64,000 nt of DNA from Albugo candida. Lineage: Eukaryota. The notes below the pieces were generated by a model. That model did not search any database. It was given only the letters and a program-made list of their open reading frames with translations, and was not told the origin of the DNA. The stretch covers positions 62,001 through 126,000 of the forward strand of contig JBDOQK010000073.1 of the NCBI GenBank assembly GCA_040437565.1. The letters are read 5' to 3'. The translations under genes and the position numbers were made by a program. How positions within the stretch are numbered: the first letter of the stretch is position 1; each line of letters opens with the position of its first letter. Shown here in pieces: positions 60,138-64,000 of the stretch.

Positions 60138-62049
60138 TGTAGAAGAGATGGTCGGTGCTGTTTGAGTCGGAGAGGACTCATTCTCTAAATCATTCGAAGC
60201 TTTTCCAGCATAAAGGCGCAGAGATACTTCTGGGTCGTGTACAACTGGAAACCCCCAACAAGAGTTTTATATGGTCTATTGATAGTCCTCATTTTCGACA
60301 CACCCATTTTGGATTGTCCCTGCTTTGCCGCTCGCTTTGCTGTAATTGAGCTTTTGTCTATCGGCAAATCCTTTTGTGCGCTAATTTCTCTAGATACTGG
60401 GTGAGCTTTGAAACTGATTGAAGTATGGCCTGAGTTGCGGTGCTCATGACTTCAAATTGTACACTATTGCGACGCAAGCTCGCAGACTCGCATGCTTCAA
60501 CTGTGTTTCTCACTCTGGTTTACGAAAGTCGTCTTTGCAAGGCGGTGGCATCGACAAACAATAAGTAGACACAGTACGCTAATGGATCCTGCGACCGAAC
60601 GATTGCACTGGCCTAATTAAGTAGTGAGTACACTTGAAAGCATTGGGATCATATACACCATCGAAGGCGTACTAATGAAGGTGACGCATGGTGGCAGTCG
60701 AAATCAAATCTAAAACTGCGGAAGGGGATGCTATTCAAATTATGCTTCCCTTTCAACGAGGTCATGCGGCACTAAAGTCGGTAAAGGCATGTTGGCTTCT
60801 GGGTGGAGTTATCTTGGTACGTATCGTTTCCCTGGTTTTATCTTGTAATTGTCCACTACATTCGGTTTGTGGGGCTCTTGAGCTAGACTAGAAAATCGAC
60901 CTCCTGGCGTATCAATTGAGTGTCTAAGGGACACCGTCAGGTAGGATGATGTTGTACGGCTGGAGTCGACTAACGGATTGAAAGAGGCAACCAGGAATCG
61001 GTAACATAATGCCAAGAAATTTCTTGTGCAACCAAAGTTTAATGGCGATATGTTCTTGTTATTGCGGAGAACGCTTTAAAAGAGGACAATAGTGAAGTGG
61101 GATAAGTAGATATTATTTTTTTATGTCAAACACTATTACCCTTCCTGTAGATAATCAGTAGCTTGTACATTTCGGAAACAGGGCTGTCTCCATTTTCCAC
61201 AAAATTCAATAGGAGCCATTTATGTGCACGTGTATTCCACTTCCTCCTTATTCTCGAGAAAGAAACCTATTCGTCGTAAGCTAAAAGCTAGACCATCACG
61301 TCCGAGTAGATCATTGGTCGTGAACGTTTTTTGCAGATTCAAATATCGTGTCAGAAGATTGCTTTGTGACAGACGGCCGAGAGCAATATCACTCAAATTG
61401 ATGAGAGCATGGAGCTAGCAGTTCATGTTCTTCGATTAAAGCATTTGTACAATAAAAGACAAGAAACCTTCTTGTATAGCGCAAGGATTACTCCTCAGGC
61501 CAGCAACCACGGCTACCAAATCCTGTTACAACGAGGTGTTTATATGGATGGACATCATCTGAAAGAAACAAGAATCAGAGCTTGACTTGATCTCAGTCGT
61601 CAATTTTGTCCAATTCTTTACTGATCTCATTTGAATGAAGAGGAGTGTGATATGGTCGAGTGGGTTTTTATAGGATGGTAGCAATTGAAGACCCTAGCGT
61701 TTCCTCTGTGGAAAAGAATCTCGAGTTGTATTACCTTGAGTAAAAAAAATAGTACAGAGCGAATGCTCCCTCTGTACTATTTTTTTTACTCAAGGTNNNN
61801 NNNNNNNNNNNNNNNNNNNNNNNNNNNNNNNNNNNNNNNNNNNNNNNNNNNNNNNNNNNNNNNNNNNNNNNNNNNNNNNNNNNNNNNNNNNNNNNNCAAT
61901 TGAAGACCCTAGCGTTTCCTCTGTGGAAAAGAATCTCGAGTTGTATTACCTTGAGTAAAAAAAATAGTACAGAGGGAGCATTCGCTCTGCTTTTTGGATT
62001 TAGACAGGAGGGCTGCGACTCTATGAATACATTCCTAAGATCGTGTCGT

Positions 62050-63400
62050 TATTTAAAAAATCATTGACGTACCACGTGTGGGTTCCATTGCACTACTGTG
62101 CAGACTGCATGACATTATAATTAATACTTTTCTGATTTCCAGCAGGACGCTTTATATCAGTCATCTTGACATCGTAAAAATGTCACCAAAATTTTTCACT
62201 ATTGTCTACTTACTGCGCTGTCCGACATTCATACAGACCAAAAGCTCGTATCTGCTCTTACTTGATAGAATCACTCTCTTACACAACATATTTTGTGGAA
62301 AAAATCACTCAGAGCAGCTCTAAAATATTTCGTCCAGCAGGATCACGCACAGAAAAATTATCCTCGGATCTCACTAACGCGATAGTAATTTCTTCTTGAA
62401 AATAGTAACAGGGGTATTGCTGCGTTCAGATTTCCTCTCCATGCGTGAAGGTCACATGTTTGTCGGTGTCGATAAGTACTAGAGAAGCATGCCTAGTAGG
62501 CTTTTGTCGCAGGATCCGCACTGAATGCTACATGCGGTTATGACGTCGCTATAAACCATTGAATGTTGCCGCTGTAATGCTCCGCCAGTCTGATGCTACA
62601 TTTTGAAAGCTTCTATCCGTACTAAAGATGCGGCCTATCATTGTAAAATTACGTCTATACCAATGCGGTTACTTGGTAAATATGATCATCGGCTCTTAAG
62701 TTCTAAAGCGGATGTGAAATATGTAGAAGTGATTGTCAACGCGTCGGTTGTGAACTGCGAAACCCATCACGTTCTTTGTGTCGATAGTTGCCCCACCAAA
62801 AAATATCCCAAGGCATATCTAAAACTTTTCTGATGATGTTGTTAAATCTACTATTTTTTTCTTGACACATATAATTGGCCAAAGATCGAAGTGCCACTTC
62901 TTCAAGTCTCTGAAGATGTCCACGTTTACATTGTAATGCCGTATATACGATCAGAAGAGTTAGTTCATCCACGTCGAAATCGTTCACATAACCCATTTTA
63001 AGAAACCGTATTCGCGAGGTGAGATAACCATAGTCTCTGGCTAGACGGAATCCACAAACTTTGGGATAGTGTCCGAGCTCAACGTGTTCAATTTGACACC
63101 GTTAGAAAAAGCGCAAATACAATTCCCTAAAGTTGTCCTTCGCACCAGATACGCCAAAAATATACTCGAACCAATTTGACCTGCGTCAAAGCTTTAGTCG
63201 GTGTTTTCGAAAGCAGAATTAGAACACTTTTGGAAAAGTGGTCCCTTTTGCAAAAGTGGTGTTAAAAATCAACATTCTATATTCTTCATAAAGGCGCGAT
63301 ATATACTTCCAGAGTTCGGTGGCCATCATAAAAAAAAATACTCAGAGAAACGGGCTGCTTTAATCTACATTATGATGCAGTAAACGGTTGAATACTGTTA
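62050..63400 (-). pseudogene. Decayed ORF of unknown family
   Basis: Protein-like minus-strand frames (MATELWKYISRLYEE...; GHYPKVCGFRLARDYGY...MGYVNDFDVDEL) interrupted by scattered stops. Confidence 0.25.
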
Positions 63401-64000
63401 ACAATCATCAATTATGCCATGTGCCGGTGTGCTAAGGTGAAATAAATTGATACAACTTTTATTAAGCCCAATACTTCCGAATCGCGAAATATGAGCGTCC
63501 AATCGATTCTGCCATAAGCTTTCTCAGAGACCAAGAAACAATAATGTGCTTCTTCACTATGATGGTCGGTGATGTGTGTTATGCGTATCTTTCATCGTAT
63601 CTAACGTAACTAGCCGATAAAAGATCTTAATACACGCCCTTGACATTTTTTGAATAGTAGGTCAGAGCAGACCCCAAGCAATAGTAGAAGGGGATCTGCT
63701 AGAAGCACAGAGGATATCAAAGTTAACTTTAGTTGAATACTTTAGTGCGAGTTGTTGAAGGTTTAGAAAATAGCATTTATAGTCGAAGCTAAAGTGGTGC
63801 CTCAAGTTGACGACATGAGCACCAACGAGAACATGTATGCGGAGCTGGATTTGGTAGCATCCAACTCCGAAGGAAGAAGCCAAAAATGGGCATTTCGAAA
63901 GTTAGATCCATCTGGACCCTTCATCGGAGAGCTGACGGAAGAGCAAGTTCGAAGGATAACGGGGGACTGTGAGATGATGGATGTTTCCTGAGAAGACCGA

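Noticed and set aside
61733-61796. Hairpin, terminator or MITE with 27-bp arms
   Set aside because: The post-gap copy reads cagag-ggagcattcg-ctctg-cttt, while the pre-gap copy has that loop inverted and then folds back. This is a template-switch chimera at a short cagag/ctctg inverted repeat at a contig end.

Overview
Eukaryotic draft-assembly window, not prokaryotic. Short GT-AG introns (about 45-170 nt, some with CTAAC-type branch points), very short intergenic spacers and START-FYVE and M96-like proteins point to a compact oomycete genome (Albugo-like; this is inference). From 8.7 to 49.4 kb it is a dense block of about 19 genes: NTMT1, eIF3d, START-FYVE, an M96-like protein, a RanBP2+PHD finger protein, two PX proteins, a metallo-beta-lactamase+2xcNMP phosphodiesterase-like protein, an ankyrin protein, MED27, a permuted NlpC/P60-like protein, a Cid1-like nucleotidyltransferase, a DDHD phospholipase, DusA, a putative Ig-fold DNA-binding protein, IQ-WW-FKBP, p23, a PH protein and an intron-containing bacterial-type soluble transhydrogenase (SthA). 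The flanks (0-8.7 kb and 49.4-64 kb) are gene-poor. They hold a two-copy hAT-like transposon relic, a PDR-type ABC transporter pseudogene, a kinesin fragment, decayed ORFs and a 114-bp tandem array whose unit looks like an exon plus an intron. There are 16 gaps of 100 N. Eleven have a duplicated flank (unmerged contig overlaps), so the apparent gene duplications are artefacts. No rRNA, tRNA or CRISPR was recognised. I found no clearly novel multi-gene system. The best leads are SthA, the PdeD/PdeE-like enzyme, the exon-intron array and several overlapping gene ends.
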